Positions 1 to 10,387 are shown, numbered from the stretch's first letter. The stretch: DNA of 45,476 nt from Methanobacteriota archaeon (GCA_014240285.1 JAAZXI010000007.1:1-45476); one strand, 5' to 3'. Numbers and translations are program-made. The notes: a model not told the origin generated them from the sequence alone.

Positions 1-841
1 GGACCTGTTGGAGCATGGCATCCGCGATGACGTCCTTGATGGTGATTTCAGTTCCTGTTCTCGGGTTGATTATCGTGCACCAAGGCCCGCCATCTAGTTC
101 GGTGGCTCTGAATTCATCCTTTGCGAGTTGATAGCCCCAATCACGGAAGCCTCCCTCTGTGAACTTCATGATGTTGCCCTTGTGAACCAGTGTCACGTTG
201 TCCTTGTCATTCTCGATTGCATGATTGATAGCGGCGCGGACTATGCGTGCCGTTCCCTCCTGACTGACTGGCTTGATACCGATGCCGCTGGTATCGGGGA
301 ATCGTATTTTGTCGACGCCCATCTCGTTCTGGAGGAAGTTGATCACTTTGTTGACTTCATCACTGCCCGCCTCCCACTCGATACCGGCATAAACATCTTC
401 GCTGTTTTCTCGGAAGATTATCATGTCCACCGCTCCCGGGTCCTTGACTGGGCTCGGAGTTCCTGCGTACCAGCGAACGGGGCGAACGCATGCATAGAGG
501 TCGAGTTGTTGGCGGAGTGCCACGTTGAGGCTGCGGATGCCGCCGCCGACTGGAGTTGTCAAAGGCCCCTTAATCGAGACCAGTCCCTCGCGCATTGCTT
601 GCTTGGTGGCCTCGGGTAACCACTCACCGGTGGCATCGAAGGCTTTCTGCCCGGCCAGAACCTCACTCCAATGGATGCTGCGCTGGCCTCCATATGCATG
701 CTCGACTGCGGCGTTTACCACAGCCATCATGACCGGTGTGATATCGATGCCTATGCCATCACCTTCGATGTAGTGTATGATGGGGTCGTCGGGCACGCTC
801 AGGCGGCCTTCCACCATCGAAACTCGGGTACCCTCGACCAT
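1..841 (-). CDS. icd: NADP-dependent isocitrate dehydrogenase (5' part; runs off the left window edge)
   Basis: Not in the ORF track because the stop lies outside the window. Manual minus-strand translation from ATG 841 gives [80 protein letters not shown] and [13 protein letters not shown], all classic Icd motifs. Confidence 0.96.
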   Translation of the reverse strand, partial: MVEGTRVSMVEGRLSVPDDPIIHYIEGDGIGIDITPVMMAVVNAAVEHAYGGQRSIHWSEVLAGQKAFDATGEWLPEATKQAMREGLVSIKGPLTTPVGGGIRSLNVALRQQLDLYACVRPVRWYAGTPSPVKDPGAVDMIIFRENSEDVYAGIEWEAGSDEVNKVINFLQNEMGVDKIRFPDTSGIGIKPVSQEGTARIVRAAINHAIENDKDNVTLVHKGNIMKFTEGGFRDWGYQLAKDEFRATELDGGPWCTIINPRTGTEITIKDVIADAMLQQV

Positions 842-915
842 GTCTCTCAGCGCGCCGACCAACCCCCCCTTCATGAAGCCAACCCTTCAAGGGCGATGGC
901 GCCGGTGAGTGGGGC

Positions 916-1308
916 ATGAAGGGGGAGGTGAAGTGGTCTGACTCGGGTGGTTACGTTGGTACCACCTCTGGTGGCAAGAGCTTCGGAATCTATGGTGACT
1001 CTTCCCCTAGTCCTACGGAGATGGTGATTCATGCACACGCTGCTTGCTCTTTGATTGACGTAATTGATGGTCTGAAACATAGAATTGTAAATGTTGAAAA
1101 TGCGACAGTAGAAATTGAGGTTGAGATGGCGGAAAAAGCTCCCAAGGTATTCACATCTGTTAACATGAATTACATCATCAAAGGTGATGTTCCCGAAGCC
1201 CTTGTCCGCCGTCTCATTGAGAGTAGTCACGAGAAGTACTGTAGAATCGGAATCATGATTACTCGCTCTGGCGCAACTCTGGAATGGACGCTAGATATGC
1301 TGGACTAG
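916..1308 (+). CDS. OsmC/YhfA family protein
   Basis: 130 aa with PSPTEM..AHAACS and a C-terminal EKYC, the two-Cys pattern of the OsmC-like family. Divergent from icd. Confidence 0.85.
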   Translation: MKGEVKWSDSGGYVGTTSGGKSFGIYGDSSPSPTEMVIHAHAACSLIDVIDGLKHRIVNVENATVEIEVEMAEKAPKVFTSVNMNYIIKGDVPEALVRRLIESSHEKYCRIGIMITRSGATLEWTLDMLD

Positions 1309-1320
1309 AATTATCAAATC

Positions 1321-1392
1321 CGCCATAATCGTAAAGTGTAATTATTGTTGATTTCGCCATGAGTAAAGTGGTCGGCTTACTCAATCATTAAA
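1321..1392 (+). promoter_or_regulatory. Putative nrdJ promoter/operator region
   Basis: AT-rich intergenic DNA. Inverted repeat TGAGTAA-N10-TTACTCA (1360-1383), direct repeat GTAAAGTG (1331-1338, 1363-1370) and TATA-like TTAAA (1388-1392). Confidence 0.45.
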
Positions 1393-1471
1393 CACCCTCC
1401 ATTCGGAAGAGTGAATCCCTTGCGCGAGGCCAAACCAAACGGGACCGCTAGCCACGACGGAGAGATACCAG

Positions 1472-4400
1472 ATGCAAACCAGAATCAAAGGTGACTCCGA
1501 AGTTGGAGAAGCAGAATCTGGGCTGGTCATTGAACGTCGTTTCACAACGGCCGGAAAAGATCCGTTCGACGTCTTCGACTGGATAGAGATGGATGTCGAG
1601 ATTAGGAATCCAGACGGCTCTATAGCCGATACCATAGAGGGGGTGAAACTTCCCTCAGGCTTCACTGGCGTACCTGGAAAGGTATGCGCCCAGAAATACC
1701 TGCGCAAGGCCGGCGTTCCGAAGCACTTGCGCAAGGTGCCAGAGGAAGGCATACCCGTCTGGTTGCAGCGGAGTGCACCGGACCACGAGACGCTTCAGAC
1801 ATTGGATGCCGAACATAGAATGGGTGGAGAGACCGACGGGAGGGAGCTCTTTCGTCGCCTCGCAGGGACCTGGACCTACTGGGGCTGGAAGTACAACTAC
1901 TTCGCCAGCGAGGCTGATGCCCGCGCCTACTTCGACGAGATGTGCTACTTGATTGCCAGCCAGCGTTCGGCACCTAACAGTCCCCAGTGGTTCAACACCG
2001 GACTGCATTGGGCCTATGGAATCGAGGGGCCGGCTCAAGGTCACTCGTTCGTCGACCCTGACAGCGGCGAGGTGGAGTATTCGACTAACGCTTACGAGCA
2101 CCCTCAACCTCACGCCTGCTTCATCCAATCGGTATCCGACTCACTGGTCGGTGGCTCGGAGTCGATTATGGGCCTATGGAATCGAGAGGCGCTGCTGTTC
2201 AAGTACGGCTCCGGGACCGGTTCGAACTTCTCCAGAATCCGAGGAGCGGGTGAGCCTCTCTCGGGTGGCGGTAGTTCTAGTGGATTGCTGTCCTTCCTCA
2301 AGATAGGCGACAGAGCGGCTGGGGCGATAAAGTCCGGAGGTACTACCAGAAGAGCCGCCAAGATGGTCACTCTGGATCTCGACCACCCCGATATCGAGGA
2401 GTATATCGACTGGAAGTCGAGCGAGGAGGAGAAGGTCTCAGCGCTGGTAATAGGGAGTAACATCCTGCAGAAGCACGCAAATGGCCTGATGGATGCGATT
2501 TGGGAGTACGGCGACGACGACGGCCGATTCGACCAGAAGGCAAACCTCGGTCTGCACAGAGCCATGGTACGAGCCATCAGAGAACACGTCCCCCAACCTC
2601 ACATCCAGAGGATTCTGGACCTTGCGAAGCAGGGATGGAAAGGTGTCGACTTTGAGGTTCTGGACACCGACTGGCAGGGTGAGGCTTACCTTACCGTATC
2701 TGGTCAGAACAGCAACAATTCGGTCCGTGTCCCGAATCAATTCATGGATTCAGTCAAGGAAGGCGGTGATTGGAATCTCTACTGGAGGACCGAGCTGGAG
2801 AAGTCAGAGGCAGATGGGAGGAAACCTGAGCCATGCAAGACCTTGGATGCGGGAGAATTGTGGGACAAGGTGGCATACACTGCTTGGGCCTGTGCTGACC
2901 CTGGCATCCAGTTCGACACCACCATCAACGAGTGGCACACCTGCCCCGAAGGAGGGAGAATCAACGGCTCCAACCCCTGTTCCGAGTACATGTTCCTCGA
3001 TGACACCGCCTGCAATCTGGCCAGTATCAACCTTCTACACTACTACGACCTCGACACCCAAACTTTCCAGATAGACGACTTCAGGCACAGCGTCAGGCTG
3101 TGGACCGCGACCCTCGAGATCAGTGTCCTAATGGCACAGTTCCCCTCTGAGGAGATAGCCCGCAAGTCCTACGAGTATCGCACTCTAGGTCTAGGCTACT
3201 GCAACATAGGCTCACTGCTGATGCACATGGGCATCCCGTATGACGATGAGCGAGCCTATGCCATCTGCGGCGCAATCACCTCCATTATGTGCGGCGAGAC
3301 GTATTCGACTAGTGCGGAGATGGCTTCTATTCTCGGCGCCTTCCCTGACTATGAGAGAAACTCCGAACACATGCTGAGAGTGATGAGGAATCATAGGAGG
3401 GCCGCTTACGACTCCTCCGTAGATGAATACGAGGGACTCACTGTTCCACCTATAGGAATCAACTCGAAGAAATGCCCGAAGGATCTGCTCGATGCTGCGA
3501 GGGGGTCTTGGGACCGTGCGGTGAGAGAGGGGGAGGAGCATGGATACAGGAACGCGCAGACCACAGTCATCGCACCTACTGGTACCATCGGTTTGGTAAT
3601 GGGTGCGGACACCACTGGAGTCGAACCTCAGTTCTCACTCGTGCAGTTCAAAACACTGGCTGGAGGCGGTTCACTGAGAATCGTCAACAAGGGGGTACCG
3701 AGTGCTCTTCGACGACTCGGCTACTCTGACAGCGAGTGCAAGACAATCGAGGAGTACATAGTAGGCACCGGGCGACTCAGCGGATGCTCCACACTCCCAG
3801 TGGATCGTATGAAGGAGGCTGGGTTCAATGCCGAGGACCTCGCTGCAATAGAGAGCAAGATGGGTGATGTGTTCGATCTGCGCTCGGCCTTCGCCCCATC
3901 CTTACTCGGGAAGGATCTGTGCACCGGCGCTCTTGGCATGTCAGAGGAGCAGTATGAGGATGCTTTCTTCGATACCCTAGGCTTCCTCGGCTTCACTTCA
4001 GAAGAGATAGAGGCGGCTCAAGATCATATATTCGGCAACCTGACCATCGAGGGTGCGCCCGGACTCAAGCAGGAGCATCTGGCCGTGTTCGACTGCGCTA
4101 CTCCGTGTGGGGCGAAGGGGACTAGGTCAATCGCTTGGCCTGCTCATGTGAAGATGATGGCAGCTGCGCAGCCATTCATCTCAGGAGCGATATCCAAGAC
4201 CATCAACATGCCATCTAACTCAACAGTGGCTGATGTCAGGGAGGCTTACAACCTCAGTCACACCACCATGAACAAGGCATGTGCAGTATACCGCGACTGC
4301 TCGAAGCTGTCACAACCGCTGATGAATCAGCTCGTAGAGGACACCGAACTCCCCGAAGATGTCGCAGAGGAGGAGTTGGTCGAGAAAATGATCAAGGAGA

Positions 4401-5113
4401 CTGTCAAGGCGCTGCCCCTCCCAGAACCTGTGGCTCAACCAGTGGCAGAGTCGTTCGTGAAGTTCATCGCAACCAGACGCTCCCTGCCAGACAGGAAGAG
4501 AGCTACTTCGACCAAGGCCAGGATAGGTGGACACAGCGTGCGTCTAATCACAGGAGAGTACCCTGATGGTAAACTGGGCGAGATTATACTGGTGACCTCC
4601 AAGGAGGGTGCCGCTTGGAGAGCCATGCTCAATCAGTTCGCAATAGCGGTCTCCATCGCTCTCCAGCACGGCGTACCATTGGAGGCTTTCATCAAGGTGT
4701 TCACCTTCCAGAAGTTCGAGCCTAGCGGGCCAGTTGAAGGTGGTAGTGGGCGGGTCAAGATGGCTTCGAGTCTAGTCGATTGGATCTTCAGGGAGCTGGC
4801 CATCGAGTACGCTGGCCGGGATGACCTAGCGCACGTTGCTATCGAGGACTTCGATCAGTTCTCGATTAGTAAACCTGAGATTACCGATCAGGGAGTGATG
4901 CGGACCGAGGGCGAGAAGAGAGAGATTCAGATGACTCTTGATGCTGCGGTCGCTCCGCTGCAAGAGAAGGACGCTGAGGCCCGCGCGCGGCAGGCAGCAC
5001 GAGAGAGTGGGTTCACAGGAGACATATGCGATGACTGTGGGAGTAGCCAGATGGTCCGTAATGGAACCTGCCTGAAGTGCAACGCCTGCGGCTCTACAAC
5101 CGGTTGCTCGTGA
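1472..5113 (+). CDS. nrdJ: Class II (adenosylcobalamin-dependent) ribonucleotide reductase, long form with C-terminal Zn-ribbon tail
   Basis: 1213 aa with PNSPQWFNTG, HACFIQ, KSGGTTRRAAKM, GSNPCSEY (radical Cys), TACNLAS, IAPTGTI, GAISKTIN and C-terminal CDDCG..CLKCNACGSTTGCS. Confidence 0.96.
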   Translation: MQTRIKGDSEVGEAESGLVIERRFTTAGKDPFDVFDWIEMDVEIRNPDGSIADTIEGVKLPSGFTGVPGKVCAQKYLRKAGVPKHLRKVPEEGIPVWLQRSAPDHETLQTLDAEHRMGGETDGRELFRRLAGTWTYWGWKYNYFASEADARAYFDEMCYLIASQRSAPNSPQWFNTGLHWAYGIEGPAQGHSFVDPDSGEVEYSTNAYEHPQPHACFIQSVSDSLVGGSESIMGLWNREALLFKYGSGTGSNFSRIRGAGEPLSGGGSSSGLLSFLKIGDRAAGAIKSGGTTRRAAKMVTLDLDHPDIEEYIDWKSSEEEKVSALVIGSNILQKHANGLMDAIWEYGDDDGRFDQKANLGLHRAMVRAIREHVPQPHIQRILDLAKQGWKGVDFEVLDTDWQGEAYLTVSGQNSNNSVRVPNQFMDSVKEGGDWNLYWRTELEKSEADGRKPEPCKTLDAGELWDKVAYTAWACADPGIQFDTTINEWHTCPEGGRINGSNPCSEYMFLDDTACNLASINLLHYYDLDTQTFQIDDFRHSVRLWTATLEISVLMAQFPSEEIARKSYEYRTLGLGYCNIGSLLMHMGIPYDDERAYAICGAITSIMCGETYSTSAEMASILGAFPDYERNSEHMLRVMRNHRRAAYDSSVDEYEGLTVPPIGINSKKCPKDLLDAARGSWDRAVREGEEHGYRNAQTTVIAPTGTIGLVMGADTTGVEPQFSLVQFKTLAGGGSLRIVNKGVPSALRRLGYSDSECKTIEEYIVGTGRLSGCSTLPVDRMKEAGFNAEDLAAIESKMGDVFDLRSAFAPSLLGKDLCTGALGMSEEQYEDAFFDTLGFLGFTSEEIEAAQDHIFGNLTIEGAPGLKQEHLAVFDCATPCGAKGTRSIAWPAHVKMMAAAQPFISGAISKTINMPSNSTVADVREAYNLSHTTMNKACAVYRDCSKLSQPLMNQLVEDTELPEDVAEEELVEKMIKETVKALPLPEPVAQPVAESFVKFIATRRSLPDRKRATSTKARIGGHSVRLITGEYPDGKLGEIILVTSKEGAAWRAMLNQFAIAVSIALQHGVPLEAFIKVFTFQKFEPSGPVEGGSGRVKMASSLVDWIFRELAIEYAGRDDLAHVAIEDFDQFSISKPEITDQGVMRTEGEKREIQMTLDAAVAPLQEKDAEARARQAARESGFTGDICDDCGSSQMVRNGTCLKCNACGSTTGCS

Positions 5114-5120
5114 GCAATTC

Positions 5121-6053
5121 TCAAATCTCGAGTTCGATGTTGAGGTTCTGTATCAGTTCCTTGTAGCGGTTCCTGATTGTAACCTCGGTCACACCAGCTA
5201 CCTCGGCGACCTCGCGCTGGGTCCTGCGCTTACCACACAGAACGCTAGCGATGTAGATGATTGAGGCTGCTATTCCAGTTGGACCTCGGCCACTCGTGAG
5301 TTCCTTCTCCTGAGCAGCGGCGATTAGTTCGTATGCCTTCGACTGGACCTCGGCGTCCAAGTGCAGGCCAGAACAGAATCTCGGTATGTAGTCCTCTGGC
5401 TTGGTAGGTGGTATCTTCATCTTGAGTTCGCGGACCATGAATCGGTAGGTCCGGCCAATCTCCTTGCGTCCAGTCCTACTGGCCTCGCCTATCTCATCGA
5501 GAGTGCGTGGGTTGTTGCATTGCCTGCAAGCAGCGTATAGACTGGCTGCGGCAACTCCTTCGATAGAGCGACCGCGGATGAGCCTGGCCTCAACGGCTTT
5601 CTTGTAGTTCACAGCAGCCGACTCACGTATCGACTTCGGTAGATCGAGGCGACTGGCCATGCGGTCGAGCTCGGCCAGAGCCATGGCGAGGTTACGCTCG
5701 GTGGCGTTGCTTACCCGGGAGCGCTTCTGCCACTTCCTCATACGGTAGAACTGGCTTCGGTAGCGGCTGGATATTGCCTTGCCAGAGTAGTCTTTGTTCT
5801 GCCAGTCAATATCGGTCGACAAGCCCTTGTCATGCAGCATCACCGTCATTGGTGCTCCTGTACGTGCGCGCTGATCGCCCTGCTCGGGGCTGAACACACG
5901 CCACTCAGCGCCTTGATCGATTACGTTGTCTTCCAGCACTAGGCCGCAGTCCTCACACACAACTTCTCCTCTGGTTTCGTCTCTGTTCAAACTCCTGCTA
6001 CCGCACTCGCTGCACTTCACAGTGTCTTCCACTAGATATCCTTCGTCTGCCAT
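5121..6053 (-). CDS. tfb: Transcription initiation factor IIB (TFB)
   Basis: N-terminal Zn ribbon [21 protein letters not shown], two cyclin repeats ([19 protein letters not shown]) and [14 protein letters not shown]. Confidence 0.98.
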   Translation of the reverse strand: MADEGYLVEDTVKCSECGSRSLNRDETRGEVVCEDCGLVLEDNVIDQGAEWRVFSPEQGDQRARTGAPMTVMLHDKGLSTDIDWQNKDYSGKAISSRYRSQFYRMRKWQKRSRVSNATERNLAMALAELDRMASRLDLPKSIRESAAVNYKKAVEARLIRGRSIEGVAAASLYAACRQCNNPRTLDEIGEASRTGRKEIGRTYRFMVRELKMKIPPTKPEDYIPRFCSGLHLDAEVQSKAYELIAAAQEKELTSGRGPTGIAASIIYIASVLCGKRRTQREVAEVAGVTEVTIRNRYKELIQNLNIELEI

Positions 6054-6142
6054 TTTACCACTCCCACCTTTGCTGGCAAAGGTAGTAAATCCCGACAGAC
6101 CATATTATTTAAGATTGATAGTAGAAGAAAAAAAGCATAATC

Positions 6143-6167
6143 GCCTTACTGAGCGGCTGTGTAAGGC
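6143..6167. promoter_or_regulatory. Inverted repeat between divergent tfb and aconitase-family genes
   Basis: GCCTTAC-N11-GTAAGGC, perfect 7-bp arms. Confidence 0.35.
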
Positions 6168-6234
6168 AATACGACCATTGAGAATGATGAAATAGAGCGG
6201 GACCTTGACATTAATTGAAGGAGGTGGTGGAACC

Positions 6235-8232
6235 TTGTCCGAACAGTGGCCCCCGGCGCAGATAGCCCTGACCCCCGGTAAGAGAGTGCTCTTCCTCACC
6301 AAGGATCTCGAACTTATTCGAAGGCAACTCTACGAGGGCCTCAATCTGAGTATGGTGGACCTCGGGGTCGACGATTTGCTCGACGATATCAACACCGATG
6401 TCATGACTCCGGCTTGGGTCTGCTTCGACCACGAGCCGGCAATCATCGCCGAGAATGCCTACGCTGGTTTGGTTCACGAAGGGAGGCGTGTGTTTGAGCC
6501 TCGTGCATTGCTGGACGGAGGCTTCGAGGCCATAGTATCTGGTCATCGTAAGGGCACCGGTTCAAGCCGTGAGACTGCCGCTCAGTGCGAGCGCTGGTCG
6601 GGAGTCAGAATCGTAATCGCGGCGTCCTTCGCGCCAATCCACGAGCGGAACAACATCAACCTCGGTCAATTGATGGGGAACTACGAGATGCTGGAGAGGC
6701 TGCAAAAGGGGGAAAGCATCTCGCTGGATGAGTTCACATCGGAGTACGATCCGGTGACTAAGTTGATTGTCGAGAACGGTGGCATCCTACCGTTTGCGAA
6801 AAATCTCGGAGAGGGTGGTGTGAGTCTGCCTGAGTTGGACACCGGGCCTCGATCAATGACGATGGTCGAGAAGATGATTGCGAACAAGCTGCTGGGACGT
6901 AACGGTGCGGCGCGTTACGTCAAGCCCGGGGACGCCGTGCTCTCACAGGTCGACGGAGGATACTCGCACGAGTTCACAACCGCGCAGGTCCACGAGTTCC
7001 TCAAGCAGGAGTACGGTGACGACTACTCGCTGCCAAACCCCTCGAAGTACGCAGTCTTCGAGGACCATCTGCTGTACGCCACCGAGGTGCCGAGATTCGG
7101 TCGCTTCACAGAGAAAATCCAACGGCTCCGAGACATGCAGAACATGTTCCAGCGGCACACTGGGGTGCGTGATTACTCAGCAGAGGATGGCATCAGCCCA
7201 GGTATCTGCCACCAAGTCGCTAGAGAGGAGTTCATCGACATTGGTGACTTCATTCAAGCGACCGATTCGCACACCTGCATGGGTGGCGCTACGAACGCAT
7301 TGGCCTACGGCGTCGGTTCGACCGAGTACGCCAATCTAGTGTACAACCAATTCGCCTTCGTACAAGTTCCAGAGAGTATTCGCTTCGAGTTGGTGGGTAA
7401 CCTAGACCCCGGGTGCACAGCCAAGGATGTCATCCTGCATATTCTCTGGAAGTACGCCGCTAAGTCCGAGACACTTGACCGTAGCATGGAGTTCGGAGGC
7501 CCCGGGCTTGCCAGTTTGTCGATGGATGAGAGGGCGACGCTGTGCAACATGGCCACCGAGTGCAGCGCCAAGACTGGGATATGCGAGCCCGACAAACTCA
7601 CAGTGGATTGGCTGATGAATCGCAGGTCTGGATTGAGTGAGAAAGAGATGTATGAGGCCTTCGTCCTACCAGACGAGGGGGCGGAATACCATGGTGGTGT
7701 CCACACCATCGATCTGTCACGAATCCGTCCTATGGTCGCGCACCCTGGCAAGCCCGATGAGGGCATCCCCTCCGATCCGACCAATGGCGCTTACATAGAC
7801 GATCTTGGCGAAGTCAACATAGACATCGCTTACGCGGGCTCGTGCACCGCTGGCAAGGATGATGACTTCGCCTACTATGCGCAGGTCACCGAGGCAGCCC
7901 TTGAGGCAGGTCTGACGATTCCGGAGGAAGTTGACTGTTACATCCAGTTCGGCTCGAAGACGGTGAAGAGTCTGTCTGAGAGAAATGGCTGGAGTGAGAT
8001 GTTTGAGCGCGCTGGTGTCAAGCTGATTGACCCTGGATGCGGCGCTTGCATAGGCGCCGGTCCCGGAATCAGCGACGATGCGGAACAAGTCACTATCTCA
8101 GCGATTAACCGCAACTATCAGGGTCGCTCCGGACCGGGCAAGTTGTATCTGGCAAGCCCCCTGACTGTGATGGCCAGTGCCTTCGTCGGGAAGATTACGG
8201 CATGGCATCCCGATATCTTCGCACAGGGTTAA
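6235..8232 (+). CDS. Aconitase-superfamily [4Fe-4S] hydratase; LeuD-like swivel domain fused N-terminal to a LeuC-like large domain
   Basis: Swivel motifs DDINTD, GTGSSRETA and ASFAPIHERNNINLG precede large-subunit motifs EDH, GICHQ, TDSHT, GSCT, PGCGACIG and NRNYQGR. Start moved to TTG 6235, after SD-like GGAGGTG (6220-6226). Confidence 0.88.
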   Translation: MSEQWPPAQIALTPGKRVLFLTKDLELIRRQLYEGLNLSMVDLGVDDLLDDINTDVMTPAWVCFDHEPAIIAENAYAGLVHEGRRVFEPRALLDGGFEAIVSGHRKGTGSSRETAAQCERWSGVRIVIAASFAPIHERNNINLGQLMGNYEMLERLQKGESISLDEFTSEYDPVTKLIVENGGILPFAKNLGEGGVSLPELDTGPRSMTMVEKMIANKLLGRNGAARYVKPGDAVLSQVDGGYSHEFTTAQVHEFLKQEYGDDYSLPNPSKYAVFEDHLLYATEVPRFGRFTEKIQRLRDMQNMFQRHTGVRDYSAEDGISPGICHQVAREEFIDIGDFIQATDSHTCMGGATNALAYGVGSTEYANLVYNQFAFVQVPESIRFELVGNLDPGCTAKDVILHILWKYAAKSETLDRSMEFGGPGLASLSMDERATLCNMATECSAKTGICEPDKLTVDWLMNRRSGLSEKEMYEAFVLPDEGAEYHGGVHTIDLSRIRPMVAHPGKPDEGIPSDPTNGAYIDDLGEVNIDIAYAGSCTAGKDDDFAYYAQVTEAALEAGLTIPEEVDCYIQFGSKTVKSLSERNGWSEMFERAGVKLIDPGCGACIGAGPGISDDAEQVTISAINRNYQGRSGPGKLYLASPLTVMASAFVGKITAWHPDIFAQG

Positions 8233-8314
8233 GAGCGTTCCCTGTCCGGGGACTTCCATCCACAAGAGGCCCCGTACCATCCGGGTATCGGGAGGACCTG
8301 CTGGAGGGTTGCGA

Positions 8315-10387
8315 ATGGGTGAAGAAAAACCGCTAGCCGGGAAACAGAAGCAAATTGCGATAAGTGAATTCTTTGAGAAGAACAAACATTTCCTGGGCTT
8401 TGACTCTTTGCAGAGATCCATCATCACGGCTGTCAAAGAGGCAGTCGACAATTCTCTAGATGCTTGCGAGGAGGAGCGGATACTTCCCGATATCAGAGTA
8501 GAGATTAACCGACTCGAGGGTGACCGAATAGAGCTGATATCACAAGACAATGGTCCGGGCATACCAAGAGGGACCATCGAGCATGTCTTCGGAAAGTTCC
8601 TGCTCGGATCAAGGTTCCACGCAATCAGGCAGACCAGAGGTCAGCAAGGAATTGGAATTACAGGGGTGGTGATGTACGGTCAGCTCACCACAGGCTCAAA
8701 GACCACTATTGTCTCAAAGGTCGAGGACGAATCCTCGGCGGTCAGGGTCGACCTCGGTATTGACACTAGGAAGAACAAGGCAATCAAGACCGGTGAAAGT
8801 AGAGATGTCTGGGTCGACGAGGTCACGGGTGAGGAGATCAAGCACGGCTTGAGGATACGGACCGAGATGAAGGCCAAGTACCAACGAGGCAGACAGTCGG
8901 TCTACCAGTACCTCAGGATGACTTCGATTGTCAACCCACACGCCACCATCAGTCTGACTGTCAAGGACCGTGACGGGGGAGTGATTGAGCAAGGTCACTG
9001 GCCTCGTACGACCGACCGTCTACCCAGGGTGGTCGAAGAGATCAAGCCCCACCCTCACGGCATCCACCTCGGCACTCTGCAGAGGATGCTGCGTGAGGCC
9101 GAGGAGAGGAAGATGACTTCTTTCCTAAGGCATAATTTCTCCGGAGTCAGTATGAGGGCGGCTCGTGAGATTCTCAAGAAGTCGGGGCTTGAGGAGAGTA
9201 GGCAGCCGCGCAGAATCAAGGCCGAGGAAGCTCATACCGTGCTTGATTCATTCCAGAAGGTCAAACTCCTGAATCCGCCTACTGACTGTCTCTCCCCCAT
9301 CGAAGACCTGTTGATCAAGAAGGGACTATCCAAGGCTATTGACTCGCGCTTCGCCTCGACTGTTACTAGAGAGCCACGGGTCACTCAGGGCAACCCCTTC
9401 CAAATTGAAGTCGGCCTAGTTTTCGGCGGAGACCTAGCCTCTGACAGCCCTATCGAGATTCTGCGATTTGCCAATCGGGTACCTCTGATGTATCAGCAGG
9501 GTGGATGTCTGCTCACGAAGGCGGTGGAGTCTGTCGACTGGAAGCGCTACGGCCTAGATCAACCGGGCGGTAGAGGACTACCCAAGGGACCAGCAGCCGT
9601 TCTCATCCATCTCGCCTCTACCAACGTCCAGTTCACCAGTGAGGCGAAGGAAGCCGTCGCTGGCAACGAGGAGGTACTAGGAGAAATCAGGAGGGCCCTG
9701 ATGGAAGTAGGCAAGGGCCTGAAGAACCACCTCAAGAGAAGTTCGCAGAGGAAGAAGGCTCAAGAGAAGTTCGAACTGATAAATGTCATTCTCCCTGAAA
9801 TCTCACAGAAAACCTCGCAAATATTAGACAGGGAGGAGCCTAATCTAGCGCCGATAATTACCCAAATTATGAATGCGGTTTTCTGTGAGGAAAATCTTGG
9901 ATGGGACACCACAAGGAAACTGGCGACCTGCGATATCACCGTGTTCAACTACACCGCACGAGCGCGGGCGTACACAATCTTGGCCAAATGGCCCGAGAGC
10001 GAAACTGTCGCCATGGTGGACAACCCTCTCGGAGGTCGTAAGGAGACTCATGGTCTGTGGGCTTGGCGATTGGACACACTGGACCCTGGCTCTTCGGCGG
10101 TTATCTCGTTCACCGTCTCTGGTCTCAGCAAGGGTGATTGGCCGGACATGGAGATCTTTTTCAGAGGTAATGGCGATATCATCGGAGCCACCAAGATCGA
10201 TGAGAATCTACTCGATGAGATGAGGAACAAGGAGGCTCTTGACGCCGCGGTGGAAGAGGTACGCAGTAAGGAAGACCCTGTGATTGAGAATCTTGTTGAG
10301 AGGGCCGAAGAAGCGGTTCGGGTCCCGAATGACGATGGTGTAATCGACATGGGGTCATTGACTCCAGATCAGGGGGTGGATGAATGA
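8315..10387 (+). CDS. top6B: DNA topoisomerase VI subunit B
   Basis: SEFFEKNK..LGF, KEAVDNSLDA, DNGPGI, QTRGQQGIGI (GHKL ATPase), RFANRVPL and FTSEAKEA. Start trimmed to ATG 8315. Confidence 0.97.
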   Translation: MGEEKPLAGKQKQIAISEFFEKNKHFLGFDSLQRSIITAVKEAVDNSLDACEEERILPDIRVEINRLEGDRIELISQDNGPGIPRGTIEHVFGKFLLGSRFHAIRQTRGQQGIGITGVVMYGQLTTGSKTTIVSKVEDESSAVRVDLGIDTRKNKAIKTGESRDVWVDEVTGEEIKHGLRIRTEMKAKYQRGRQSVYQYLRMTSIVNPHATISLTVKDRDGGVIEQGHWPRTTDRLPRVVEEIKPHPHGIHLGTLQRMLREAEERKMTSFLRHNFSGVSMRAAREILKKSGLEESRQPRRIKAEEAHTVLDSFQKVKLLNPPTDCLSPIEDLLIKKGLSKAIDSRFASTVTREPRVTQGNPFQIEVGLVFGGDLASDSPIEILRFANRVPLMYQQGGCLLTKAVESVDWKRYGLDQPGGRGLPKGPAAVLIHLASTNVQFTSEAKEAVAGNEEVLGEIRRALMEVGKGLKNHLKRSSQRKKAQEKFELINVILPEISQKTSQILDREEPNLAPIITQIMNAVFCEENLGWDTTRKLATCDITVFNYTARARAYTILAKWPESETVAMVDNPLGGRKETHGLWAWRLDTLDPGSSAVISFTVSGLSKGDWPDMEIFFRGNGDIIGATKIDENLLDEMRNKEALDAAVEEVRSKEDPVIENLVERAEEAVRVPNDDGVIDMGSLTPDQGVDE

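Noticed and set aside
128-619. 163-aa plus-strand ORF and nearby small ORFs
   Set aside because: Antisense shadow of icd, which occupies 1..841 on the minus strand.
1393-1471. Possible cobalamin riboswitch ahead of nrdJ
   Set aside because: The leader is too short and shows no B12-box or conserved core elements.
1381-5124. Many 60-190 aa alternative-frame and antisense ORFs inside nrdJ (similar ones occur in other long genes)
   Set aside because: They overlap a well-supported gene, show no motifs, and are expected from GC-rich codon bias.
8177-8314. N-terminal extension of Top6B in the ORF track
   Set aside because: It overlaps the upstream gene; family similarity begins after ATG 8315, which has an SD-like GGAGG upstream.
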